A DNA stretch of 64,000 nucleotides, from NCBI GenBank assembly GCA_018268955.1, contig JAFDVO010000003.1, positions 138,580 to 202,579 of the forward strand, written 5' to 3'. The position numbers and the translations under genes were made by a program. Within the stretch, counting starts at the first letter, position 1, and each line of letters opens with the position of its first letter. Shown piece by piece: positions 28,504-36,876 of the stretch. The notes below the pieces were generated by a model that was not told where the DNA came from, did no database searches, and was given only the letters and a program-made list of their open reading frames with translations. This stretch comes from Acidobacteriota bacterium. GTDB lineage: Bacteria > Acidobacteriota > Vicinamibacteria > Vicinamibacterales > CAVVIG01.

Positions 28504-28638
28504 CAACTTTGGGGAGCAGGTCAGCTCGTCACTCGCTAGAACGGGATTCTATACCCGGAGGGTTGACCTCCATCGGCCACCCTGGAGTCGCCCCTCCCCT
28601 CAGATTTTCTGAACTCACACGGCGTCAATGAGTTACGG

Positions 28639-29313
28639 TTGTCGCAGAAACAGGTTTTTTCTGTGGGAAAGCCCGAACAAGTCGCACTCACTCGTCGTGA
28701 TCGCGAGCTCCTGGAGACGCTCGCGAGGCGGGTGCGCGTGCTGTCCGTCTCGCAGGTCGCTCGCACGTGGTGGCCGGACGCCGAGGCGCCCAACCGCGCA
28801 GCCCTGGCCCGCCTCCGCCAGCTTCAACGGAACTCGCTCATCACGATCGAATCTGCTTTCGCCCATCCCGAACTCCCGCTCGAATCTCCGGTCGCAACCT
28901 GGCTGCCGTCTAAGCGCGCCCCGAACTTTGTCGAGACGTCACGAAAGGTGCGCTCAAGGTGGCGGGGCACTGCGGTTCCCGAGACCATCGTGGTCATCAC
29001 GAATCAGGCCGCTGCGGAGTTCGGCGGTTACCCTTCCCCCGCGCTCAGGACGGACGAAATCACTCACGACCTCCACCTGGCAGCCGTGTACCTCGTCTAC
29101 CGGAGGCGGGAGCCGGAGCTCGCCAGGGACTGGGTGAGCGAGCGCATCGTCCGAAAGACGCGGCCCGCAGCCAAGGGTCCGATCCCGGATGCTATGATTC
29201 GCGCAAGCTCAACCCTACGAGTGGTCGAGTTCGCTGGCGCCTACTCGACGGAACGGCTTCAGGTCTTTCACGAGTTTTGCGCTACGCGAGCGTGGCCCTA
29301 TGAGCTTTGGTAA
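28639..29313 (+). CDS. replication-relaxation-family-like protein (start uncertain: TTG 28639 or GTG 28663)
   Basis: The LTRRDRELLETLARRVRVLSVSQVARTWW N-terminal wHTH resembles the replication-relaxation family seen next to coupling proteins. Confidence 0.55.
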   Translation: MSQKQVFSVGKPEQVALTRRDRELLETLARRVRVLSVSQVARTWWPDAEAPNRAALARLRQLQRNSLITIESAFAHPELPLESPVATWLPSKRAPNFVETSRKVRSRWRGTAVPETIVVITNQAAAEFGGYPSPALRTDEITHDLHLAAVYLVYRRREPELARDWVSERIVRKTRPAAKGPIPDAMIRASSTLRVVEFAGAYSTERLQVFHEFCATRAWPYELW

Positions 29314-29998
29314 GAAGAAACGCTCTAGATCTGAGCGCCTCTTTGCGCACATCGCCGTTCATGGCTTGACGACTCGCGCCATCGCGGCGCGGCTGTTCTG
29401 CGACAACGAAGAGACGAAAACCAAGAACCTGTTCGACCCGCTTCTCGCCAGGAAAGACATCCACGCGTTCCGATGGAAGGCGTCGAGCGGCCTGAAGTTC
29501 TACACGCTCTCTCCTCGACTCGCTGAGGAACTTGGCGTCCCGGGAATCCGCGGTCGACTCACAGGTAAGGCCATCAACACGTCGATCGCCGTGCTCTGTT
29601 TTTGTCACGCGATGGAGACGCCGCGCGCCAAGGTCGGTCCCAAGGCCATCAAAGGAGTCTTCGGGTTTGAGCCGCCGTGGAAGGCGGCAGTCTTCGTGCT
29701 GCAGACGGCGCCTGTTCATTACGGGGCACGCGTCATCGTTCCCGGTCCCGCAACAAAGCCTGACTACGCGCTAAAGCTCATCAGCAAAGAGTCGCAGCTT
29801 TTGCTCGAACTCCCCTCAATGCGCGGCTATGTAAAGGCAGGCCGCTTCCGCTTCGTGGTGCTCGTTCAGTCAGAGGCCAGACGGAAGCTCTTCAGCGAAC
29901 AAGAGACACTCGACCGACAGCTCAAACGCATTCCCTCAGACGTTCACGTTGATGTCGTTGTCGTTCCAGATCCATCGACCCTGAAGATCTCCTCGTAG
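29300..29998 (+). CDS. hypothetical protein (232 aa), possibly a second wHTH / relaxation-like protein
   Basis: Overlaps the upstream gene by 14 nt and ends 15 nt before the coupling-protein gene. No firm motif. Confidence 0.45.
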   Translation: MSFGKKKRSRSERLFAHIAVHGLTTRAIAARLFCDNEETKTKNLFDPLLARKDIHAFRWKASSGLKFYTLSPRLAEELGVPGIRGRLTGKAINTSIAVLCFCHAMETPRAKVGPKAIKGVFGFEPPWKAAVFVLQTAPVHYGARVIVPGPATKPDYALKLISKESQLLLELPSMRGYVKAGRFRFVVLVQSEARRKLFSEQETLDRQLKRIPSDVHVDVVVVPDPSTLKISS

Positions 29999-30013
29999 CC
30001 GGAGGCCCACTCG

Positions 30014-32989
30014 ATGCCGCTCTTTCGTGCCTCGCGCGTACAGCAGTCGACGGTGCTCGATCGCGCACCTCTCGAATACACTCCCCGCTCGTCGACTACG
30101 CTAAACGACGAACGACTCAACTCGGCAGATCCGAACTTCTGGAACCTCGCTCTTCGATTCCGTCCCAATGCGCCATCCGCAGATGAACAAGCAGAGTTCA
30201 CGAGCAGCCTTCGACTGCTGATCTTCTTCACGGCGTGCTTCGTCTACATCCCGCCAATGTTGCACGTCGTGTTTGGCCCGATGCTGCCGCTAGCGCTCTT
30301 CGGATTCACGCCCACAGCTTTTGCGCTCTTCGCTCTGTACCGCCTCAGCGCAAACCGGGCGGAGGCGATCCGAGACGCGGCGCTCGGTTGGGCAGTTGTG
30401 CTGTATTCGTTCGTGATCGTGTCCCTCGACGGCAGCGGCTCGCTCCTGCCGAGAATCAGCGGCAGCGTCGTCGGATTCTCGATCCCTCTCTACGGCTATG
30501 CACTGCTAGCGTTCTTCCTGTTCGTCGTAGGGTCTTGTTGTGAGGTGTACGTCGACTTTCTCGCCGCAGACCCGAAATGCACACACACTCCGGCAATCGA
30601 GTGGTGGCTAAAGAGAGAGGGTCTCGCATTCGCTGGCGCGGTCCTATTCGTGGTGCCCGCATTCCTGCTGTCGGATGCTGCCGGCACAGTTGTTCTCGGC
30701 TTCGCGCTCGCTTTAGGTGTGATATTCGCGACATCCGGATTCTCTGGGTTGCCAGCCAGATCCTACATGTACCTCACTCGGCAGTTCATCGAGTTCCGAG
30801 CGCCAGGAGTGTGGCTTCCGCATCGCGCGATGCAAACCTTGTTGACCAGTCGCCAGAACCGGTTCACCGCCGCGGTCGCCGCAGCGCACCTCGTTCTCGC
30901 GGTCTCGACCTTCTGGCTTCAGTTGTTCCCGCTCGCAAAGCTCGGAACGTTTCCGAACACGACGGTCTTCGGCGCCGTTCTTGGCGTGACGCCCCGACTT
31001 CAATATCCCGCCGGATTCGAAACGATCGCGTCGAGCCTGATCCTCGTCCTCATCATGGGCACCGCCGCAGCTCTCACAAGTTGTGTCGTGGTGTACGGCT
31101 GGGCGGGGCTCGTGATGCTCATCTTCAAGCGAGTCGAGACGCTCCTTGCCGCCGCCACTTCCGAGACAGCGGCAACGGCCTGGGAAACCTACGCCGGGCG
31201 ACTCCAGCATTCGAGCAAAACACTTCGCGGACCTGACAACGAAACGATCCGCGAGTCCGATCATTTCTACCTTGGCTACGAACCCTACCGCCAGTTTCCG
31301 GTGATGCTTCATCGGCCGCTTTTGCAGGAGCACTGTCACGTGCTCGGCGATTCGGGAAGCGGCAAGACAAGTCTGGGCCTGATCCCTCTCCTCCGTCAGA
31401 TTATCGACAACAACGCGAAGGCGTCATCGAGCGAGGTGCTGAGTAGCGCTATCTCCACGCCGCTTCATATCCCCGAGCGAGCGGCCGTTCTGATCCTGGA
31501 CCTGAAAGGCGACATGGCCCTCTTCGAGACTGCGCGAGGGAGCGCGCAGCAAGCCGAAAGCCTGACCCAGTTCTACCACTCGACGATTCTTCCGCAGTTG
31601 GCGGACCCGCCGAAGTCTGCAAGTCCTGCGACGCTCGCATTCTGGAATGCGCTAATCAAGCGCGAGAAGAATCCAAAGCAACCGCTCACGGCTCCCCCAG
31701 CATCGCCGGCCTCGCCACCGGATCTGCGCGGTACGCAGTTCAGGTTCTTCACGCCTGAACCGAGACGTTCGCACGTGTTCAATCCTTTCAACGATCTCCG
31801 GACTGCAACCGGTCAGTCGAAAATGCAGATCGCGTCTGTGCTTCTGGACGCGCTTGCTCTGAACCACGGCGAGGGATACGGGCGAAGCTACTACTCAAAG
31901 CGGAGCCGGGATCTTCTCCTCCACGCGATCGATCAATCGAACGCCTCAAACTTCGAAGAGCTCTACGTGTTCCTGAACACAGCAATCAGCGCTGACCCAA
32001 CACGCTACCGAGACGCCTTCGAACTGGTCGCCACGATCCGCGCGTTGACGTCCTACCCTCAGCTCGTGACGAGCGGACAGCAGACGGTCTCACCCGAGCA
32101 TGTGATCCATATGCCAACGGTCCTTGAGGAGCGCCAAGTTGTGTACTTCTGGCTCCCTTCCGTCGTCGAATCCGTGAGCGTGCGCGAAATTGGAAAACTT
32201 GCTCTCTACTCGCTCGTCGCCGCGGCGCTTTCGCGGCGCGCTGCCGGCCTCCCCGTCGTTCCGACATACGTCTTCATCGACGAGTTCCAGCGGATCGCGG
32301 GTGAGAACTTCAAGGTAATCCTGCAGCAGGCGAGGAGTCTTGGCATCGGCGTGATTCTCTCGAACCAGTCCATGGCCGACCTGAAGACGGCGGACGTCGA
32401 CTTGCGCTCGACAGTGCGGACGAACACTCGCGTGAAGATGTACTTCTCGGTCCAGGACGCCGCAGAGGTGCGAGACATCTCGGACACGTCCGGCCTTGAC
32501 GCGGTCACTCGACACACCGCAAGCGTTGGCATCACCAGATCCGAGGGAATCAAGTCCAAGGTGGCGCGGAGCGAAAGTGTGACTACCTCGGTTGCGGAGA
32601 AGGCCCGACTCACGGAGAGCGACATCCGCGAGATCAGCGACCATCCAAGACGATTTGTCTTGCACGTGTCTCGCGGCAGCGGTCTCACGCAGTTCGGAGG
32701 ACGCGCGATTCCCGTCGAATGTACCTACACGATGGGGAAGGACCGGTACGACGCAATCAGTGCATCATCGCTACCCGACGACCCGAGCATTCCTTCGTTC
32801 GCGACCGCCCCGTCGCCTGCGCAAGTCGAGAAGCAGCAAGCGATCGACCAGGTGCAAAGCGTTAACGAAGCAATCGAGCAAGCGTTCGAGGTTGCGACCG
32901 AAGAAGAGGGAATTGATCCGGCGGCTGTTGCGGTGCTCAAGAAGCGCAAGACGCGAAAGAAGCCGAAGGATGAGCGGAAAGACGGCTAG
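30014..32989 (+). CDS. TraD/VirD4/TraG-like type IV coupling ATPase with multi-TM N-terminal domain
   Basis: The first ~370 aa carry many hydrophobic helices. Walker A is VLGDSGSGKTS, Walker B is YVFIDEFQRIAG, and SNQSMADL follows. Confidence 0.75.
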   Translation: MPLFRASRVQQSTVLDRAPLEYTPRSSTTLNDERLNSADPNFWNLALRFRPNAPSADEQAEFTSSLRLLIFFTACFVYIPPMLHVVFGPMLPLALFGFTPTAFALFALYRLSANRAEAIRDAALGWAVVLYSFVIVSLDGSGSLLPRISGSVVGFSIPLYGYALLAFFLFVVGSCCEVYVDFLAADPKCTHTPAIEWWLKREGLAFAGAVLFVVPAFLLSDAAGTVVLGFALALGVIFATSGFSGLPARSYMYLTRQFIEFRAPGVWLPHRAMQTLLTSRQNRFTAAVAAAHLVLAVSTFWLQLFPLAKLGTFPNTTVFGAVLGVTPRLQYPAGFETIASSLILVLIMGTAAALTSCVVVYGWAGLVMLIFKRVETLLAAATSETAATAWETYAGRLQHSSKTLRGPDNETIRESDHFYLGYEPYRQFPVMLHRPLLQEHCHVLGDSGSGKTSLGLIPLLRQIIDNNAKASSSEVLSSAISTPLHIPERAAVLILDLKGDMALFETARGSAQQAESLTQFYHSTILPQLADPPKSASPATLAFWNALIKREKNPKQPLTAPPASPASPPDLRGTQFRFFTPEPRRSHVFNPFNDLRTATGQSKMQIASVLLDALALNHGEGYGRSYYSKRSRDLLLHAIDQSNASNFEELYVFLNTAISADPTRYRDAFELVATIRALTSYPQLVTSGQQTVSPEHVIHMPTVLEERQVVYFWLPSVVESVSVREIGKLALYSLVAAALSRRAAGLPVVPTYVFIDEFQRIAGENFKVILQQARSLGIGVILSNQSMADLKTADVDLRSTVRTNTRVKMYFSVQDAAEVRDISDTSGLDAVTRHTASVGITRSEGIKSKVARSESVTTSVAEKARLTESDIREISDHPRRFVLHVSRGSGLTQFGGRAIPVECTYTMGKDRYDAISASSLPDDPSIPSFATAPSPAQVEKQQAIDQVQSVNEAIEQAFEVATEEEGIDPAAVAVLKKRKTRKKPKDERKDG

Positions 32990-33041
32990 GTATCACGGCG
33001 CGCACAGTGTGTTCGATTGGCTGCGAAAATACCGCGTCCCT

Positions 33042-33494
33042 TCAGCGCGGCATCTTGGGACTGGATGGCCGCGTGAACGGAGCCTGAACGCATCCAGTGT
33101 CTGCATCGGGAATCTTGATGTAGAGGTCTCTCGTGTAGACGCGCCCGCCTACCAGTGGTGCATAGAACGATGTGGTGTATGTGACCCGCTTTCGCGACTT
33201 ACTCAGCGTGCATTGCACGAGCAAATCAACCTGGTCATAAAAATCGAGGTTCGGCGTGGCGTCGCCCACTGTGAAGAATCCGCCGACGTCGGTATCGTCG
33301 ACCGAAAAGCTATACAACAAGCCGTCCTTGAAGCCAGCGAGGGAAACATTGGCCCGCTGAAGTGGTCGCAGCGTCTTCGAATCGAAAACGTGACCCTCCA
33401 CGAACGTGTGCTCGTTGGCCTGCGCAAGCGCTACGGTTGACGAGAGGATAGCGACGATCGCAACGGCTGCGATGAGAATGCGGTGTCGTTTCAT
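33042..33494 (-). CDS. secreted protein, possible carboxypeptidase-regulatory-like beta-sandwich
   Basis: Signal peptide MKRHRILIAAVAIVAILSSTVALA, then EGHVFDSKTLRPLQRANVSL. The fold call is weak. Confidence 0.5.
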   Translation of the reverse strand: MKRHRILIAAVAIVAILSSTVALAQANEHTFVEGHVFDSKTLRPLQRANVSLAGFKDGLLYSFSVDDTDVGGFFTVGDATPNLDFYDQVDLLVQCTLSKSRKRVTYTTSFYAPLVGGRVYTRDLYIKIPDADTGCVQAPFTRPSSPKMPR

Positions 33495-33501
33495 ATTCCT
33501 C

Positions 33502-34140
33502 TTACTTGGCGTCTAATTGTCCCTTCTGGTAGGCCTCAACTAGCCACGGCTCTTTCGCGTCGTCAATGGGATTCAGCTCATCACGAGTCGCATCCGGCTC
33601 GGTCTTGATGCCGGCAACGCCTGTGAGCGGTTCGCACCGCCGCGGCTTACTCGAAATGGGCGCGAGTGATAGGGGCGTCCCAGTTGAACCGATCGTGAGT
33701 GTGTCGAAGCGGATGTCGTAGACGGTATACCGACCATCACGTCCAGCCACATCGACCGAAAGCATGTCGGGAGTGATGGGTAATCCGTCGTCCGAAAATG
33801 GAATAGTAAGGAGTGCACCTCCGTAGTCGAATTCGGAATCGCCCTTAAGGCCCGCAGCGAGATAGCCGGTCCACTCGCGCTTTCCCGTCCTGACGAAACG
33901 AAGTCGTTTAATCGCCCCGTCGACCGTGTGTTCGTCAGAGAGTTCAAGAACAGCAACGTCTCCGGGTGGACGAGAGTCCGCTTCGCGAGCGGGCGATACG
34001 ATAGGATCGGAGTCAGACAAGACACCGCGAACGTTTGCTTCGATCGCGCGGCAATCAGACGACTCGCCGTACGCCAAAGGCGCGGCTATGAACCCTGCAA
34101 GCAATAGGACACCAGATGTGAAACGAGACGAAGTGATCAT
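33502..34140 (-). CDS. secreted hypothetical protein
   Basis: N-terminal signal-like sequence SSRFTSGVLLLAGFIAAPLAYG. No motif. Confidence 0.5.
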   Translation of the reverse strand: MITSSRFTSGVLLLAGFIAAPLAYGESSDCRAIEANVRGVLSDSDPIVSPAREADSRPPGDVAVLELSDEHTVDGAIKRLRFVRTGKREWTGYLAAGLKGDSEFDYGGALLTIPFSDDGLPITPDMLSVDVAGRDGRYTVYDIRFDTLTIGSTGTPLSLAPISSKPRRCEPLTGVAGIKTEPDATRDELNPIDDAKEPWLVEAYQKGQLDAK

Positions 34141-34167
34141 TTCTGTAGCTCCATAGTCCTGCTGTAA

Positions 34168-35241
34168 TTACCAATTCTGCCCGGCGGCCGAGATCGGGAT
34201 ATCGCCGTTCAATCCCCATTGCTTGGCGCAACCGCCGTAGTGCGGCGTCATGTAGCTGGGGCAGGGACAGTTGCTGGAGCAGTCCTGATCTTTCACGTAC
34301 CAGGTTCCGTCACCGGGACGCCAAACAACGAGCTCTGACTTCCCGTCTCCGTTCAGAAAGTCGCCCGCCAGCGGTTTGTCGTATTGCAGTCCCCACGACT
34401 GAATGGATGGAGCACCGTTGTCGAGGTTCTTCCTGATTCGCCAGGTTCCCGAATCGAACAGGATGTGATCCCAGAGGCCAGGCGCCGCGCCGAGAAACTC
34501 GGACGCGACGGGAATCTCGGCCTGGGTGGGAGAGTAGCCTTGGAATGGCTGCGGAAAGAGAACGGCGCTCCCTTCGTCGACCCATCGGGCCCACACGGCG
34601 GCATTCCCGTTGAACCAGGCGTAGACCTGCGGATCCTTCTTGCTTACGCCTTGGTACTGTTCTGAAATCGGCCGAATCGGCAGCTGAGCCCCGGCCAGCG
34701 CATAAGCGGACGCATACGTGATGGTGATCGTTCCAGTCGACGGATGATACTGGCGGACATTCCACTTGAATCCGTCGGAGGCACTGAAGCTAATCAGATC
34801 GTCAAGGCCGTCTGCATTGGTGTCGCCGATATCGATGAGCGCATCCGTCTGAATCGGGAGGACCGTGAGATTTGGAGGTGCTGGGCAATTGGCGGGACGA
34901 CATCCCGGCACAACGAATGTCTGATTCGTAGAGGCCGAGATGTAGAAGGTCGGCACCGACCCGTCCCGGAACACGATGAGATCGGCCTTGGTGTCCCCGT
35001 CAACATCTCCCACAAGCGGCTTGTCCGTTGACAGACCCCACTGCTTCACGCATCCGCCGTAAGCTGGCGCCCAAGTCGAAGGGCATGAGCCTGCGGAAGG
35101 GAACATGTACCACTTGGCGTCGCCGGGCCGAAACACGGCGGGGTCTGACTTCCCGTCTCCGTCAAAATCATTTCGAGGATTTGCGTAGGCCGTTGAGGCG
35201 ACCAGCAAGAAAAGGGCGAGGAACTTGAAGCGGACTTTCAC
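34168..35241 (-). CDS. secreted FG-GAP/VCBS-repeat protein
   Basis: Signal peptide, with repeated DFDGDGKSDPAVFRPGD, GDVDGDTKADLIVFRDG, GDTNADGLDDLISF and GDFLNGDGKSELVVWRPGDGTWY motifs. Confidence 0.7.
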   Translation of the reverse strand: MKVRFKFLALFLLVASTAYANPRNDFDGDGKSDPAVFRPGDAKWYMFPSAGSCPSTWAPAYGGCVKQWGLSTDKPLVGDVDGDTKADLIVFRDGSVPTFYISASTNQTFVVPGCRPANCPAPPNLTVLPIQTDALIDIGDTNADGLDDLISFSASDGFKWNVRQYHPSTGTITITYASAYALAGAQLPIRPISEQYQGVSKKDPQVYAWFNGNAAVWARWVDEGSAVLFPQPFQGYSPTQAEIPVASEFLGAAPGLWDHILFDSGTWRIRKNLDNGAPSIQSWGLQYDKPLAGDFLNGDGKSELVVWRPGDGTWYVKDQDCSSNCPCPSYMTPHYGGCAKQWGLNGDIPISAAGQNW

Positions 35242-35490
35242 GATCGACCTCCACGTGGTGTTGCGTAAATCCAGCAGAAGTCGAAGCTTGCACGCACGTC
35301 GACGCTAGTCAACGAGGCCACCCGTGAGATTCAGATTTTTTTGACAGCGGCAAATTTATGGGGGCTTGGAAGGGAGAACGCCGGAAATCTTGACAACGAA
35401 CTTGACAACAGGCGTGCGCGAGCGGCCTAGAAATGGCTCTAAAGCTTTATCTTTGAGCTATTTGTGGGGAATAGAACGAGGAGCCAAGGT

Positions 35491-35534
35491 CGAGCCCCTC
35501 AAGCTGGTGCGTCTGCCAATTCCGCCACTTCCGC
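35491..35534 (-). pseudogene. truncated tRNA-Leu(GAG): 5' portion only (acceptor 5' strand, D-arm, anticodon arm)
   Basis: The minus strand reads GCGGAAGTGGCGGAATTGGCAGACGCACCAGCTTGAGGGGCTCG, then loses tRNA character. There is no variable arm, no T-arm and no CTTCCGC acceptor 3' strand nearby. Confidence 0.7.
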
Positions 35535-35575
35535 AAGTGGGGTCCGGTCGGGGAGACCGGACGCTGGTGTTGCGC

Positions 35576-35971
35576 TTACTGCTTCGGCGCGTCGGCTGGT
35601 GTTGCCGGAGCCGGAGCCGCCGGTGCAGCCGCCGGAGCCGCTGCAGGTGCTGCGCCTGGTGCCGGCGTCGTGGCTGGAGCCACAGGCGCTGCTGCCGGGG
35701 CGACCGGCGGCGCGCTGCTGCTCAGCACCGACCCGGTGCCGCGCTGACCCATGATAGCGAGTCCGAGCGCCGCCAACATGAACAATGCGGCAAAGGCCGT
35801 CGTCAGCTTCGACAGCAGCGTCGCACCGCTGCGCGCGCCGAACGCCGCCTGGCTGCCGCCGCCACCGAAGGCGCTGGCCATGTCGCCGCCCTTGCCCTGC
35901 TGCAGCAGGATGACCAGCAGCAGGATGAGGCACGCGAGCACGTAAATCGTCAGGAGCAGGTAGTAGAGCAT
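35576..35971 (-). CDS. secG: preprotein translocase subunit SecG with Pro/Ala-rich C-terminal tail
   Basis: LLVILLQQGKGGDMASAFGGGGSQAAFGARSG is the SecG signature. The tail is APPVAPAAAPVAPATTPAPGAAPAAAP... Confidence 0.85.
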   Translation of the reverse strand: MLYYLLLTIYVLACLILLLVILLQQGKGGDMASAFGGGGSQAAFGARSGATLLSKLTTAFAALFMLAALGLAIMGQRGTGSVLSSSAPPVAPAAAPVAPATTPAPGAAPAAAPAAAPAAPAPATPADAPKQ

Positions 35972-35994
35972 CTGAACGCTTTCGGAAACTCCGA

Positions 35995-36762
35995 TTATAC
36001 GACAGCCTGCCGGCTCTTTGTCACGATCTCGCCAAAGCTTTTTACATCGAGGCTCGCACCGCCGACCAGCGCGCCGTCCACATCCGCCTCGCGCACGAGC
36101 TCCGCGGTGTTATCCGGCTTCACGCTGCCGCCGTAGAGAATGCGCGTCTGCTCCGCGGTGTCGGCTCCGAACCACTGACGCAGCCGACCGCGAATGTGCG
36201 CGTGCGCGTCCTGCGCTTGCGCTGCCGTCGCCGTGCGACCGGTGCCGATCGCCCACACCGGCTCATACGCGATGACCAGCGCCGCCACCTGCTCCGGGGT
36301 GAGCCCGTCGAGGCCGTCCTTGATCTGCCGATCCAGCACGGCGAGCGTGGCGCCTGCCTCGCGCTCCTCGAGCGTCTCGCCGACGCAGACGATCGGCGTG
36401 AGGTCCGCGCCCTGCGCCGCGCGGATCTTGCGGTTCACCATCACGTCGGTTTCACCGAACAACCGACGCCGCTCGGAGTGTCCGATGATCACGTACTCGG
36501 CGCCCGCCTCACGCACCATCGAGGCGGAGACCTCACCGGTGAAGGCGCCTTCCTTCTCCCAGTAAACGTCCTGCGCAGCGACCGCCACGTTCGTGGCCCG
36601 CACGGCTTCCGCCACCGCGTGGACGGCCGTGAAGGTCGGCGCAAGGACGATGTCGACGCCGGACACGTCCTTCACGACGCTCCGGAACTCCTTCGCAAAC
36701 GCGACCGCCTCGCTGACGGTCTTGTACATCTTCCAGTTGCCGGCAATCAGTGGGGTGCGCAT
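35995..36762 (-). CDS. tpiA: triosephosphate isomerase
   Basis: [23 protein letters not shown] and [11 protein letters not shown]. Confidence 0.95.
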   Translation of the reverse strand: MRTPLIAGNWKMYKTVSEAVAFAKEFRSVVKDVSGVDIVLAPTFTAVHAVAEAVRATNVAVAAQDVYWEKEGAFTGEVSASMVREAGAEYVIIGHSERRRLFGETDVMVNRKIRAAQGADLTPIVCVGETLEEREAGATLAVLDRQIKDGLDGLTPEQVAALVIAYEPVWAIGTGRTATAAQAQDAHAHIRGRLRQWFGADTAEQTRILYGGSVKPDNTAELVREADVDGALVGGASLDVKSFGEIVTKSRQAVV

Positions 36763-36876
36763 GGGGCCTCACGCTGAACGGGCAGGCAAGGCGGGCCGGG
36801 CAGGTCGGACTCTCGTCGACGGTTCTTGCGTGGTCACTCCCGCCAGCCCAACCTGCCCTACCAGCCCTCGAGTGTC

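Larger units (their letters stand above)
27328..28523 (+). mobile_element. intact IS3-family (IS407-group-like) insertion sequence with 4-bp target-site duplication
   Basis: Terminal inverted repeats TGACCTGCTCCCC (27328-27340) and ggggagcaggtca (28511-28523). GCTC flanks both sides (27324-27327 and 28524-28527). Contains orfA/orfB with an A6G slippery site. Confidence 0.9.

Noticed and set aside
35440-35560. Complete tRNA-Leu gene
   Set aside because: Only the first ~43 nt fold as a tRNA. No GTTCRANTC T-loop, no long variable arm and no complementary acceptor 3' strand follow.
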